DNA from: Zootoca vivipara
Taxonomy: Eukaryota
DNA length: 64,000 nt
Assembly (NCBI RefSeq): GCF_963506605.1
Contig: NC_083276.1
Coordinates: forward strand, 43,276,001-43,340,000
Reading direction: 5' to 3'
Below, in pieces: positions 13,001-28,000 of the stretch (within the stretch, counting starts at the first letter, position 1; every line of letters starts with the position of its first letter). The translations under genes and the position numbers were made by a program. The notes below the pieces were generated by a model that worked only from the letters and a program-made list of their open reading frames with translations, searched no databases and was not told the DNA's origin.

Positions 13001-16000
13001 CCAAGCTGCAAGGTAATCTTAAATTGCATTCATGAATCCCAAGTTGCTCTGTGGGTTATCTTAGGCCATGGCTGGAAACTTGCCAGATGCAGAAAGGAGC
13101 TGTCTTAGAAACAGCTTGAGAAAGTTCATGGCTAGGAAGATATCATGCTGATTGATCTCCACTTATAAATTTGTTGCCTTTTGGTTCACCACGTATCTCT
13201 CTGCCAAGCTTGGCGGTACTGGCCTAGAGATTAGTCTAACCTAGTACTGACACCACTGGCATCAGCATACTAATTGGCTGCCAAGGTCAATTAGCAAGAC
13301 ATTATGGGTTGTGCTCAAAGCATAGCAGGGTGCTGTGAAAGACAGCTTTGGAAATGTTGTCATAAAGGAAGCCTCACCACTTGGGAGTTACTAGGTATGA
13401 CAGTGAACATTGATGACAACTGAAGATCATTTATCCTATGGAATAAACCTGGGTTTAAGAGATAAGAATGATGGTTGACTTCTCCTTTGGTGTACATCTT
13501 GTAGTTCGCCCCACAATTTTATTTTCTTGCATTCCCCCTTCCCTTCACTAAAAGCTGAAAACTAAATACAATTCCTGTGGAAAAAATGAAATATTTGGAC
13601 AGAGGAACTTGCCCAGTTGAACATCACATTTGTTATAACACATGGGTAGGCAAACTAAGGCCCACGGGCCAGATCAGGTCCAATTGCCTTCTGGATCCAT
13701 CCCACAGATGGTCTGGGAATCACTGCGTGGATCGCCAGCATGCACATTCTTTCCCTCTTCCTCCCTCTCCCTCACACGGTGGTGCTTTCTCCTCCTCCCT
13801 CCCTCCTCCTGGCTTCTCCCCGCCCTGCCTAGAGAAGGAAGGGGGCTGGGCTTTGTTGGTGGCAGCAGCAGCAGAGCTCAAGCGGTCGCCATTTTAAGCA
13901 GCCCCTCTCCAGAGCCCTTTCACGCACCGCTCATCATCACTCCTGCCGCTCGCAAGACACAGGTAAGCAGCCACCAGGGCTCATGGTGCTCTTGCATCGT
14001 CCCCCCCCCAATAGTCCAGCCCCCCCAAGGTCTTTTTCAGCCCCCTGCTGAAAAAGTTTGCTGACCCCTGTTCTAACGCCACCTGTCCATGATTCTATGA
14101 GAGTATGGTTATGATAGTGAGGAATGGTGAAAATACATATATGTTAAGATCACTCTTATCAGTTTAAATCATTGCAGGTGGGCACTACCAATTCCTCTTG
14201 GGCCCTGAAGCTGTCCAGTTTTGATTGTCCTATTCATCCCCCATGGTGGACATCATTATAGATTCACACACACACACCTCTCATTCAGCTGCTTTCGGCG
14301 CTGGTATATTGTTTTCATCTCTTCCTTATTCTCCCTCTCCAGCCTCACCGCAAGGGCATTGATGGCTTTGATGTGGGCATCGTCCACTGTCACTCCCTAC
14401 ATGACCAACATCAAAAAGAAACAGCCAGCTTATACGTAAACAGTTATTAAGTAAAAGTTATGTAATTCTGCCAGAGTATCTCAGTAATACAGCCTCTGCT
14501 GTTCTGCTCACATTGTCGAATGAATGTGACCCTTGACAAAAGGGACAAACTAGACATAACATCATAAGTCACTGTATGAATGGTGCCTGGTTTGTTTTAG
14601 CGTAAACAGCAGATGCGGCCACTGGCAATCAAGATCCCAGCAAAGGGCTGGGAGGCCTTAACCCTTTGAGCCCTGCTATAGTCCTATATTGATGCCTTCG
14701 CATTATTGCCATTTATTTTGTAATGAAAATTCCCATTGGGACCATTGCAAACAGCAAGCATAGGAAGAGGGGGAGAATGGTAATCCAGATAAGGATCATA
14801 GTGAGGGGTTGACGTCTCCTACTGGGGCCCTGATCTCAATTGGCCCCCAATGCCTGCAATTTGCTCTAAACAAAACATGTATGTAGTTGCTAAATGTGTG
14901 AATGGTGTTATGTCTTCTTTGGCCCAAAGGTGCAAAGAAGGAATCTAGCAGCATTGCCATAACACGGAAGAAACCAACTCAATTCAAATTGCACAGCAGA
15001 CAGGCAACATAATTATTTTTTTTCTATTTTAGATTAGGCTGTGTAGTTTTGAGCCCTGTGAAACCACTTCAAGAGGAGGGCTGTAGGACTAGTTAGTGCC
15101 CACTCTTTTCTACATAGCTATTATTGCTTTACAGTGAAAAACAAACCAGATCATCTCCATGAATAATATTATTCAGAAACCACCACCTTCTGTCTGTTTC
15201 AATGCACACTGGAAATGAAAATATTTGCTCACAACACATCAAACACAGATTACATTGTGATGAACCTTTTCCTGGATCATGATCAATATCCAGTTCTGAA
15301 CAGTACATAGTTTCGAGGGCCAAACTGTTCCGTTGCGGCACTCAAATTTTCAACTTTGCAGTAAGTACAATAAACTCACACAAGGAGCAAGGAGACATTA
15401 ATCGTGGGTTTAGCAGAGCCTGTGTTAATGCTGAAAATAAAAAAAAGTATCCTTTTCTGACACTTCTGGGCAGGGCTGGCCAACTCATGAGACCACATGA
15501 GGTGATTGCCTCAGGCGGCAAAAACCACAGGGGCAACAAGTATTTTACTTTTAAAAGACAACTGAAGGCGGCCCTGTTTAGGGAAGTTTTTTAATGTTTG
15601 ATGCTGTATTGTTTTTAATATTCGGTTGGAAGCCGCCCAGAGTGGCTGGGGAAACCCAACCAGATGGGTGGGGTATAAATAAATAAGTAAATAAATAAAT
15701 AAATAATAATAATTAATATGGTGTGGAGGGATGGCAGCCACATTTGACCTTGCAGACATCACTTGTATTGTGTTTCAGGAAGATGTCTTGTATGTCCATT
15801 AATACCCTGCACCTACACCTAAAGGAAAACTCTGATATGTGAAATGGACCTCAGCAACAGAATCCAAGCTGAGAACCACCTTACTATGCAGAAGCTACTA
15901 CTGTACTTTCCAGAAGCTATTGGGAGCCATTTTTGTTTTGACAATCTTTTCCAGCTGGATGAAAAGGTCTCTGCCATCTCTTACTTTCTGCACTTACTTA

Positions 16001-19000
16001 TTTTGTACAGTTTTAAAAGTCAGTTGTTTTCCCCTTGCACTGTATTGAACATTCTTTTTAACTGATGTGAGTCACTATGAGATGCATGTAAAAGGTGAGC
16101 CATGAATAAATAGATAAATAAAATAGATAGATAGATAGATAAATAAATAAATAATAAAAGTCTGGTAGCCTTGTTCTAATTATGACATAAAACAAAAATG
16201 ATCTCCATCCTCATTCCTGTATCATTTTATCCCTGAGTGTCACGTGTTTTATCGTTCTGCTATAGCCAACAGGTTTCTGTTGAAGGCATAAGGGACCAAG
16301 AAATGTTTAGCCTTGCCTGGTCTAGCTCTGCTGATTTCCTGCAGTTGAAATGGGACAATTCTGGCATACTGCCCAGAACTGCCAGATGCATTTTCACTCC
16401 AATATTGTTGGGGAAGAGGGAAGCACTGTAGAAGAAAACCTAAGTTTGTCAAGATCCCAGCTTTCTAAGGGTTGTTATAGACACAATACAGATTTTCCTT
16501 CTGCCATTAGGAGCGAGAGACCCATAGTACAAAGATGCTTGGATAACAGGAAGAACTCTGAGTGAAGATGTAAAGAAGGGAAGACCCAGCAAACATAATC
16601 CAGCTTCAGATTGTTCCATTTGTTTCCAAACCCAGTTTGCCAGAAAACTGAGGCTCTTCCCAAACTTCCTGTTTCTTTCTGTCAAAACTGATGCCATGCA
16701 CTGGGGTTGTGAACTCTGTTTATGTCTGAAAGATGGCCACACATAGAAAATTGAAAGAGGCAGCTAACATGCCACTATCACCACACAGCAGCTGGCCACA
16801 AGTGCTCAACTCAGTTCAGTGCCAAAGTTAGCAAAGCCCCGGGGAGCTATAAGTCAAATGAGTTGTGATGACTCAGCACCAGGGATGGAGAAACTGAGAG
16901 GTCACAGCAGAGAAAGATGAAACAAGCAGCTGTCATGTCATGCTGCCTTTGCTCAAAGTGTTACTATGTTTTCCTAAAGGCTTGTATTGTTTTGAAAGCT
17001 GATCTTGCCAGGACCACATTATATTGCATTATATTATATTACATTAATTATACTATATAATCTCATGTGTAGAACACATAACCTGGTCTTGGCTCATCAG
17101 AGGTTGAACTTCAAGTTACAGGACATCTCTAACTTAGTTATGACCAACGTTTCACTTTGCAAACATGCGAAGTGTGGGTGATGCCTTTGCTGTGGTAAAT
17201 ACTGTTGTAATGTTGGTGTAACAAGTAGTTTTGCTGCACAAATGGTAGGACTTCCTATAAGTATCAAACAAAGCTAGAAAGTCCATATTTGCCTGATTTG
17301 GGCATATATCTCACTTTGAATTCTTGGTGGTCATACAGTTTCCTGCAGCTCAGGAAAGCTTTAATTCCTTGTTAGCCTCAATGTAACGGGACTGCAACTT
17401 AATGCCAAAATTCCAGTCAAATGCTCAGTGTTCCACCATACAACTAAACTTGAGTGTCTGGCTGGATACTTAGAATCATGTTTTCGTTTTCTTGTAGAAA
17501 ACATGTGATGGGCTTTCCAGATAAAGTTTACATTCAGCTTAAAATTTTAGCAAACATATGCTAGGCCCATAACTTTGTAGGTTGCTTCGTGTTACAGGAT
17601 AGCTGACTGGTGTTGTAAGAGACACTGACCTATGCCAAATGATCTTTATGGCAAAAATGTTGGATTCAACCTAAAACAGGTAGACATAAGAGCTACGCCA
17701 ACCAATCTAGCATTGTATTCACTCACACTTGCAGCAGCCAAATTGGTCTGAACAGCTCGCTGAAAAGTTAGATATTACCCAGCTGTGGAAGATGAATCTG
17801 GAAATGTATCTCTTACCCCTGATGCTCCTCGGAACTCATTCAGCTTTTTCATCAGCTGCAGACAGTGTTCATAGTCATTTCCCACATCACCAATATTAAT
17901 CATGACTTCCTGGGAAAAGAAAAAACAGTAAAATTTGCATTCCATTAATATTTCATGCACAATGCAGGTCCAGAGTATCAACAGATGACACCCATCACCT
18001 ATCACCAGGTATTTTCCCACTCTGTCCCCTATAAGTCATTCCCATTCTGAGAGTGGCAATATGCTTTTTACAGTATCAGGTAACATCATGTGTGCTGTGT
18101 TACATTCTGCTCTGGTAAAGGTATTATCAGAACCTGATCCTTGATGCAGATGCTAATACAAAGGAGGACAACTGAATTCCCACCGTCTCAGAAGCCATTT
18201 GGTTTATGAAGTCAAAACAATAGAAGTCTAAGCCACAGTTACGTATATGTGATGAAAGCTTTGTGCCTAAGGATTTCCATGCATGCTCTGGACTTATAGG
18301 AAGAGGTGCCATTTTCCATAACACAAATGAATTTCCAGCATGCCCCTGTAAGTAGCTGGCAAAAAGCTCCATATCCAACAGAAAATTCACATGACAGCTC
18401 TTTAGAGAAGGAAAATAGAGACCACTTCAAAACGGATCCTTTTTGATTTGTTAAAGAGATTTCCCATATCTTCATGATGACCATCATTCCGAATGTTCAA
18501 ATGTGTGCATTTTGCACTTTTGAAACATCACAGACATCATTCTGAATGTTCAAATGTGTGAATTTTGCACTTTTGAAATATCACAAACACAATTTTATGT
18601 TGCAGGAAAGCACAAATTACTGGGAGAAGAGCCCTGTCATAAAACATTGTATATCCACACCTAACACTAAGCCCATGGTCTGTTTAACAAGCCACGATTT
18701 GTTTCATGGATGAGCAAAGAAGCCATGGCTTGTCCTTCTAAAGTCTGGCTTGTTTTCCATTTTCTCTTGACTCATGCCTTGATGATGATCTACTGTGAGG
18801 TAGGCAAAGAAACCATGATTAAGCAAGGTTGTTAGGTTCAGGTACAACACCAAACCATGGTTAAAACAAGCCAACAACAAACAATGGCATTAATCATAGT
18901 TTGTTGGCAGAAAACAAACCATTAGTCTGCTGGGCTGGGCAGTTAGGTTACATAAACCATGGTTTAGGTTATGTGTGAAACAGGCCAGTATGTGTTTCAA

Positions 19001-22000
19001 AATGCATGTGCATGTTTGATGTGCATGCCATTCATACTTTATGCATTTGCTGTGGGAACACTGCAGAGAAAAGTTCAATAATAAATAAAACTATGTGACT
19101 CTTCTGTAGACTATTAGTATTAGTACAGTACTACCATTTTCATACGTTTATAGCTAACGGTTTCCTATAGTTTACAACTAGCCAGTAAAATTCACTGACC
19201 TTGTCTCTGATCCAGGCCTCTACATGGTCCACTTTCTGTAGAAATTCCAGGAAATCCCTACTGTCTTCAAGCATCTTTCCACGAGCAGCAACAGCAGATT
19301 TCAGTGTCTCCCACCGTTCTTGAAGCAAACGAGTCTTACGACGGATTTCCCCTGATTTAGGGTGATTCTGGCACAATAAGGCTTCTCCTTGCTTCATGTA
19401 ATTAGGAAATAATTAAATAATAAGAAAAGATGAAACACAGTATTTCCATTATGTTTCTAAGAAAAACTCAATGCCGGGGAGACACAGGGCCAAACTATCA
19501 AGGATATGGGCCTGTAATAGCAGGTTCCCTGCAGCAACAGGGGGTTGGACGACACAACCATTGCAGTTCCATATAGATTTATGACTCTGTGAAACTGGAT
19601 AGGGTTAAAAATGTGTGACCGCATTTTTTAAAACAAACAAACTGCTGATGAGAGAGCCATTATTATTTATGAATAATTTCCAGAGGCTTCCTTATAGCTG
19701 CTGCTTCTTGTCAAGGACAAGGTAGAACCAGGAATTTGTACTTATTTTTATTTTATTTTTTGCAGATAGGGAGAGAACTGGCCTCTCTCAACAGCAGTTA
19801 CCGACACTACTGTTTATCCATACAGGTTGTAACCAAGCATTTTCAGTACATGGAAACAGGTAATCTCCAGAGACCTGAAGAGATCTACACACTGGGGGAT
19901 AAAATAACTTTCATTTCAAGGCTCTTCAATCTTTTTCTTCTTCTTCTTCGGTAAAAGGTTTTAAGGCTACAGTATTCCATCTTTTAATCTGATTGTTGCA
20001 GAAGGCCCCTACAGGACCCATAGCTGCCAAGTACCCCGTATTTCCCGGGAAACCCCCGTTTTTCCTTAACGTTTCCCAGAGGTCTCCCGTTTCAGCTCCT
20101 CTCCCGTTAATCTCCCTTATTTTGGTTCCTGTCGGCGGCCATGTTTCTGGTGCCGTTTTGCTCATCTATGGACACCAGAAAATGGCTGGTGCCGGTGTCG
20201 GAAGTCACATCTACGCATGTCCGGAAGTGCATAGACGCAACTTCTGGTGTCGCTTTGCCCATCTATGGGCACCGAAAATGGCTGGCGCTGACACCGGAAG
20301 TTGCGTCTACGCACTTCTGGACATGCGTAGACGCGACTTCCGACACCAGCGCCGGCCATTTTCTGGTGCCCATAGATGTGTAAAGCGACACTGGTAGTTG
20401 TGTCTACGCACTTCCAGTGTCACGTGGCTGCTGATCCTGGATTTCTCCGTGAGAGACTTGGCAGGTATGACAGGACCTAAAGATCACAGCACCTCCATTC
20501 AATACTCACCATGTTAACAGTAGAAATTAGATCCTTGTGAGCCAGAATCTCAGCCTCAAATACTTGATGTTTCTGCAGAAGCTTCATTTTGTCACTCAGG
20601 TTGCTAAGATTTTGCAAAGATGGATCCTTCAGCTTTTGCATGCGCTCATCAATCCAGCTCTCTGCCTGTCACCAAAGAATAAGTGTGGTTAGTATTTCAC
20701 ACATATTGCTGTTGCCTTCTATGTAACACTGACATCCTTGTGTCTTAAGTCACATGAATTTAACACACTGGTTTCCCTATCAATCAGAACACATCTGAAG
20801 GACTAACAAAGACTGAGATCACCCTGGTCGTGTTCTGATAATCAAAGGGCATATTCAAAACAGGCTAAATTTAATGAAAAAGTAAAGTGAGAGTTGATCC
20901 TTGGTTGTGCTGACAAAGTACAGATTCTTTCAGAATGACAAGTTTTAACTTCTTCATATCTCTATGGCAAGAATGGGGAACCTGTGACATCCCCCCCGAC
21001 ATATTATTGGACTTCGAGATGCCAGAGAACTCTGATGAAAATAGAAACAGGAGCAGAAATTACTCGTCTGCTTATTTGTCTCATGTCCAGAACAGAAATC
21101 AATCCAGCAAATACAAGAGGTATTCACTGTCTTTTTTGCTTTCACATTTGCATTGTGTTTCCTTTACAGTGAAATTAACAGGGTGGAACAACACATTGAC
21201 CATGTAACTTACCTAATTAATAATATAAACTACCTAAGTTACATAATTTTGCCACACTGGTCACTGAGACAAATAACCCAGCTTCTTGTGTTAGATCAGG
21301 CAACCCCAAACTATGGCCCTCCAGATGTTTTGGCCTACAACTCCCATGATCCCTAGCTAACAGGACCAGTGGTCAGGGATGATGGGAATTGTAGTCCAAA
21401 ACATCTGGAGGGCTGAAGTTTGGGGATGCCTGTGTTAGATGAATGGCAGCTGGACAGAAATAGTGCTGCATGAAGGCAATACAGGGTAGAACAGAAAACA
21501 ATGCCTTGTTACATCCCTAGTTGGACTACAACTCCCATTATCCCTGGCCATTGGCCATGGGGGCTGGGGGAGATGTGCATAGCTTTTCCATACCTGTTCT
21601 ATGGACTTCTCAGACTACTGATACAGCTGGTCCACATAGCAAGCCATTGTATCAGAAAATACAGCAACCATTGGGTCAGGCATAGGCAACCTTGGCTCTC
21701 CAGATGTTTTGGAACTACATCTCCCATGATCCCTAGCTAACAGGGCCACTGGTCAGGGATCATGGGAGTTGTAGTTCCAAAACATCTGGAGAGCCAAGGT
21801 TGCCTATGCCTGCATTGGGTGATTGCTGTGAAATTATGTTCAGCCTCTTGCTTTTCATCCAAAGGGCCATAACCATCTGGGTAAGGCCAATTATGCGGAT
21901 GCAATTAATGGAATATACACCCCCAAACCCAGCTGGGTGGCTTTCTGTGTGATTGGCCCTCCCTATATTGTAATCACTCTTGAAATGTTACAGGAGCATC

Positions 22001-25000
22001 GTGGGATGACCACCCCCACCCCCAAAATACGGCTCTCATATGTACCACATTATTTGCACTACCATGGGTACATGATTAATAGAATTGGGGTTTATGGTAC
22101 TTGGGAATTACAAAATGTAATCTTGGCAATAGAATCATTCTCACCTCTGACAGATTTTGGTAGAAGAGAGCCAGCAGAAGGGCTACCTGCAGTTTTTCTT
22201 GCCTACTTTGAGAGAGATCTTTGATGCATCTTCTTCTCTCTAACATGGCATTGAGCTTGAGATCGATCTGTTTTCTTTCCAGTTCACTGTCCTGCTGCAG
22301 CCTTTTTGATTGTTCCTGAAGAGACAATTCCTGAGAAGGAAACAAGCCTAAAATCAAAGCTGTGTGTTCATGTGATATACATAATCAATCAAGGGTTCCT
22401 GTTCTGTTCACAAAGTATTATTATTTTTTCTACTGGAAGGAAATATAGACACAAAAGAGATCCTTTGAACTGCAAGTCTGAAGTTCAACCTAATGAAATT
22501 GGAGGGAATCAGAAATGCTGGATATTTGAAACTGCTGATTCTCTTTAGCCATCCTGGCTGCTGTGCCAGTAAAAATAATGTATTATATCAATGCTTTTTT
22601 TCAAGAAACATAGGTGCTGGAGCTCGCCATTAACTTCTCCCTTGTTCTTTTAGAATAGCAATGACGCCTACACCCGAGAGGTGTTGGAGCTGAGCTCTGG
22701 CTGAAAAAACACCTTTATTACTCTTCCCAACCCTAGGGCTATACCTGTTGAAATTATTTTGTCTTCCTTCAAAGTTTTCAGCTATTTTGCCTCAAGAACT
22801 TCCAAAGCCACTGAAAAAAACAACCTATCTCCCAAATGGTGGTGTGAGAATCAGCTCTTGCAGCCATGATTCTGGTTGATTTCACTTAGCACAGAAATTA
22901 TTCCAATTATCTTAACCAGTTCTTAAGTTCTTAACCAACTCTTAGGAACCAAACTGGGCATTTGCCTATAACCTAAATCAGGCATCCCCAAATTGTGGCC
23001 CTCCAGATGTTTTGGCCTACAACTCCCATGATCCCTAGCTAAAAGGACCAGTGGTCAGGGATGATGGGAATTGTAGTACAAAACATCTGGAGGGCCAAAG
23101 TTTGGGTTGCCTGACCTAAACACACCTTCCTTTAAGGTCAGGATCTTATAAGTGTTTACCTTTTCAACCTGAGAGGCCAGAAGCTTCTCAAAAGCCTCAT
23201 GTTTCTTTATCTGCTGCTCCACCTCATCCACTGTGCTCCCAAAGTCACTGCTTTTCAAATATGTCTGTGGATAATGAAAATCAATTTTGGTTAAGATTGT
23301 TATATTTGATCAAGGAGTTATTGGGACATATCCTGTTACTTCCCTGAAAGTGTGTCACCTAAGGCTAGGTGTTCAAAAGATTCCTGTAACCTCAGGTTAT
23401 ATCTTTTCTAAAGAACACACACAGTTTGTCAGATCCATTGAAAGAGTAGGGACATCTGAGCACTCCTTGAAAAAACCCACAACTAATCTTTTCCGAGACT
23501 ATTTAAAATGAGGGACAAGAAATGTCTCTCATTGCTCAGTGGAACACTGGCATGGAGAGGCATATTAATGTAAAGGCAAAATTCTTCAAATAAAACATGC
23601 AGTGGAATAGCAGTAGGTGGTAAAAGGGTTGTAAGATGGTAAGGGGTCACTGTACTATATTTTGTCTTTTGGCTAAAATATCTTCAAGGGATAAGGAATG
23701 TTGAGGAATGAGAAGCTATCAGGCTGTATTCATTAACAAACCTGAAAGCATATTTTAAAAATAAAATGAAGATTGCGGATGGTTATTGCACTATTAGTCA
23801 AATCAATCACTCAGACCATTTTAGCTGTGTTGCTTGCTCAGGGAAATTTGGATGTCTGGAAGTTACAGTAGCAGAATTCTTGTTTGAAAATGCTATTTAG
23901 CTGCTGCTATTTATCAAAGTCTACCTGCTTTCTTTTGTGATGGGACATGAAATTGCACTTGTATGGCTAAAAGGATGCATAATAGCACCTGTCTGAAGGT
24001 ATGAGTGATAGACGCAAAAGTATGGCAGTATGAAAGTGCCCTTTGGAGCCTGGTATTTTGTAGTTCTACATCCAAAACTCCAGTTGCATGTGGAAAAGTC
24101 AATTGCAGATGGACTGCTGGTCTAGTTAAGCAAAACTAAACTGCTAGCTGCTTTATACGTCTGTGGAATTTTAAATGTCACATTGAAAGCTGTCAAATCT
24201 CTGCTGTTACTAAACATTGCATGGCTTCTGCTTGACCACAATTGCGTCAAAACATGATGAGCTACATTAGCAGTAGTACAGTTTTATACAGCTTGTGGCC
24301 TGGCAAGTTGAACGCAGTCCATCAGCAATATATTATGCTCCTCTTGATACTGTCTCTGCTTTTTGCACTCCCTAACAGCATGCAATGTAAACAAGGGATC
24401 TATTGAATCCTTGGCAGCCAGCCATACATGGTTGGTGGGCTGCATTTGGCTTGATACAGACCACAGGTTGTGCAAGTCTGCAGTAATAAATCTAGCTAGG
24501 GTTGATGACATGCAGAAAAATGTATTTACTAAGTTGTCCTCAATAACAGGAACGGATTCAGCTAGATCCTGTGCATGCTCACTTGGAATCCAGTCCTGCT
24601 GATTTCACCGAGACTCAGGAGCTGTACACCAGATCTAGTATTATATCAGACTGAGGGTGGAATAAGGCACATATTGATTTTGTTAGATGCCTTTTAAAAA
24701 TGTAAACATGTGTGTTTTTATTACTATTATTATACAGCTTAGCCCCCAAATAGGCTTCTAAGCAGTTTGCTGAGCAGTTACACAAGCTTTGAAGTCTAAG
24801 CATCAAAACATTAAATTAAATTAAATTACAGAATAAAGCATTTCCATAAAACACTAAAATTTACTTCCACAACATATCCACATCAACATGTACCTATGAT
24901 CAAAGACTGCCTAACATTCTGCCATTTCCCTACACGGAAATAATATTTGCACCATAACTATCCAGCTGATGTGAAATGCAACAAATATTCACAGAGCAGT

Positions 25001-28000
25001 ACTTTACACAGTATTATAAATGGGATTTCTCATTCATCCCCCGCCCCCCACATTCATGGCCTTCAGATGCCACTTTATCTGAAGCTGAGTAAGATTATAA
25101 TAGAAAAAAATTCCTTCAGTAGCACCTTAAAGGCCAACTAAGGTTTTATTTTGGTATTTTGGTATGAGCTTTCGTGTGCATGCTTTAAGGTGCTACTGAA
25201 GGAATTTTTTTCTATTTTGCTTCGACTCAGACCAACATGGCTACCTACCTGTAACTAAGATTATAATGTGCTTGTCTGGAATACACATGTGCCCATTCCA
25301 AATAACGATGGGTGGTGACACAACACATGTATTGGTCCTGCGTGTCAGCCCTGCCCTAACACTCCACACACAGTGCCTGCAAGTGTATAAACTGTATGCA
25401 CATATGCTGTGGGCAGGGGGTTTATGCCCTTTTATTTTTTCAGGGTACAGACCACACATTGAAAGCCTACCTGCATAAAAGCTTGCATGCCTTTAGGGTC
25501 TCTGTGCAGAAAGTCATATGAATGTGTAGAGCAGGCATCCCCAAACTTCGGCCCTCCAGATGTTTTAGACTTCAATTCCCATCTCCCCCAACCACTGGTC
25601 CTGTTAGCTAGGGATCATGGGAGTTGTAGGCCAAAACATCTGGAGGGCCGCAGTTTGGGGATGCCTGGTGTAGAGCATTGGGACAGGGGTGGTGAATGAG
25701 ATTCTGCTTCCTTCCCGCTTTCCCTGCATCCATTCACGTAGCACAGCTGTTTGCCTCTGGCTATGGGGCAGGGCTTTCCCTGCTCCATTCCAGGGACCAC
25801 AACAACAGAATTAGGTTTTAATAAACACACCGAGTCACATTTTTCTGTCATCAAAAAAAACCATTTATTTATTTTTGAAACATCTCCCAGGAAAATGAAA
25901 TATTATGCAAGGTATGGCATGGTGGCAATGTCAAGATGCTTGCATCTTGAGCTTTTGTATAGAGATGTAGAATGCAGGGCCCCAGAATCATGACTTAAGA
26001 TTAAATTCTACCCTTTGCCTCTGTGCTAGTCTCACTACAAAAACATTATGGAAAAAGTAAGACATAAGAAAAATCAGGCGATTCCCCCCCTCAAAAAAAC
26101 AACCTTTTTCATAAGCAATGACAAACATAATGAGATTACAGAATGGACTATGGATGAGTAGAAACGTCTTTTGGTTTGGGGCTTTTCAACAGGTTTTAGA
26201 TCATTTCAGCTGAATCCATTTCAGCTGATCATTTCAGCTGAAATGTTATCTATTTTTAAATTCCAGCTCCCAACATGCTAGCTTATATGCAAGGAGTTGG
26301 GACACAGCAAGCAAAAGAAAATGGTGGTGTTCTTTTTAAAAATTTCATAATGACCCTCATCAACTAGGCTAGTAATGAGATTAGCATGATACCCACCACC
26401 ACCAATGATATAATGACCGGTTTTCAGGTCACACACCCCTTTCTTCAGCTGGCTGACAGGCTAATATAGCATGCACAGAAATAAAAAGAAAACTTCCCAA
26501 GCACTTTAGCTTTTAAAGCATCCAGACTTCTTTTCAATTATACCATTTAATGGGTATCTGGCAAAACCAGAAATTGATGGGATGAGAGACCCTGTCAGTA
26601 GCCAGCCAGCTTTCAAGCCACATTTTAGTCAGGGGAAATTCAGCCATATGAGTAGAGTTCTGACATACCCAAACACACACAAATATTTTTCACTTAAAAC
26701 TCATATTTTTGGGTCGTTCTTACAACTCACATTTGTTTTGTTCCTGGTGAAAGCTAGAAGAAGTAAAATTCGAGCAGCAATTGACAAGTTAGCATCTAAA
26801 ATTAGGAACACAGACAAACCTATCCAAAGAAAGGAGTGAATCTGTCCCCACAGTCTCGCTGTTCATAGGAAGAAACAAATAACTCAACTTTAGGGGGGGA
26901 AACAGAATTACATTGGGTGGCCTTCTTCACCACTACCAGAAAAAACAACAGCAACAAAGAACAACAGTTGAACAGATACTAAATTCAATTCAAACATAAA
27001 AAATCATGGTTATGCTTGTTTTTTATAAGTTTCTAAAATGGAATGGAAATCTTCACCACTCTCCGCCCAGCTCCAAAGGAAGCAATTTTTACAGAGATAG
27101 AGGGACACCATGCACTCTCACCAGTTCTGTGGGATGCTGTACGCGCCTGCATGTTTGTCGCAAGTGTATCTTGATCCGCATTTCTTATAGTGTTTGGCTC
27201 CTTGGAAGGGTTTGACTGTGAATTTGCATCATATTGTTGCAAAGGTTGGAATTCAGGACAGCAAACAGGGTTTATTGACAGTGAGAAGCCAGAGCCAATA
27301 TAATCAGTCTGGAACGCAGGAACACCTGTGTTTGAACCTGATGCTCTGATGAAGACCGAAGGAGCTGGGCTTTTTCTGAATTCCTTTATCACTTGAATAG
27401 GGAAGGATGTCCAAGGGGTGGCAAGTATCAGGGTTATTTTGGAAACCTTGTGGCAATCTGGAATTATCCTAGTGCTGGAGGTCCTCCCAAACTCTTTGCC
27501 AGTTGAATGACGGTTCTGAAAGACAACCAAGTCAGGATCTAAATGTGCATTTGCAACGGTCCTTTTGCCAACAGGATCATCTCTTTTAGACACCGTAGTT
27601 GGAGATAACCATATCTCTCTGGAAACTGCTTGCTGGGGAAGACCAGGACACTTAGCCATGGAGGTGACATGAAGCTGTGTAATCTGAAGATCTGCAGAGC
27701 TTCTTGAGGGGATGGCTTGATGGGTCACCTGAGGACCTGTTGCAAGACTGGAAGATGCTGACGACATGTTTTTTCGACGAGGTAAAAAGAGACTGGAATA
27801 ACCATGGCTGCTCACTTGAGAAGCAGTCCTAAATGGCTTTACTGCTATACTGCAAGTTGAAATATAAAGCTTTACTGAAGCATGGAGATCTGGAAGCTGA
27901 GCTTTGCATGGGCTGTAACCATGCCGTATTGGCAGCTCTGAACTACAAGGTGTCAGAGCTGTATGTAGTTTTTTGCTCTGAGATGGAATTGCACACAGAG

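Noticed and set aside
20160-20420. CRISPR-like or RNA-gene array
   Set aside because: Eukaryotic context; the repeats are internal to a TSD-flanked hAT element and lack unique spacers.
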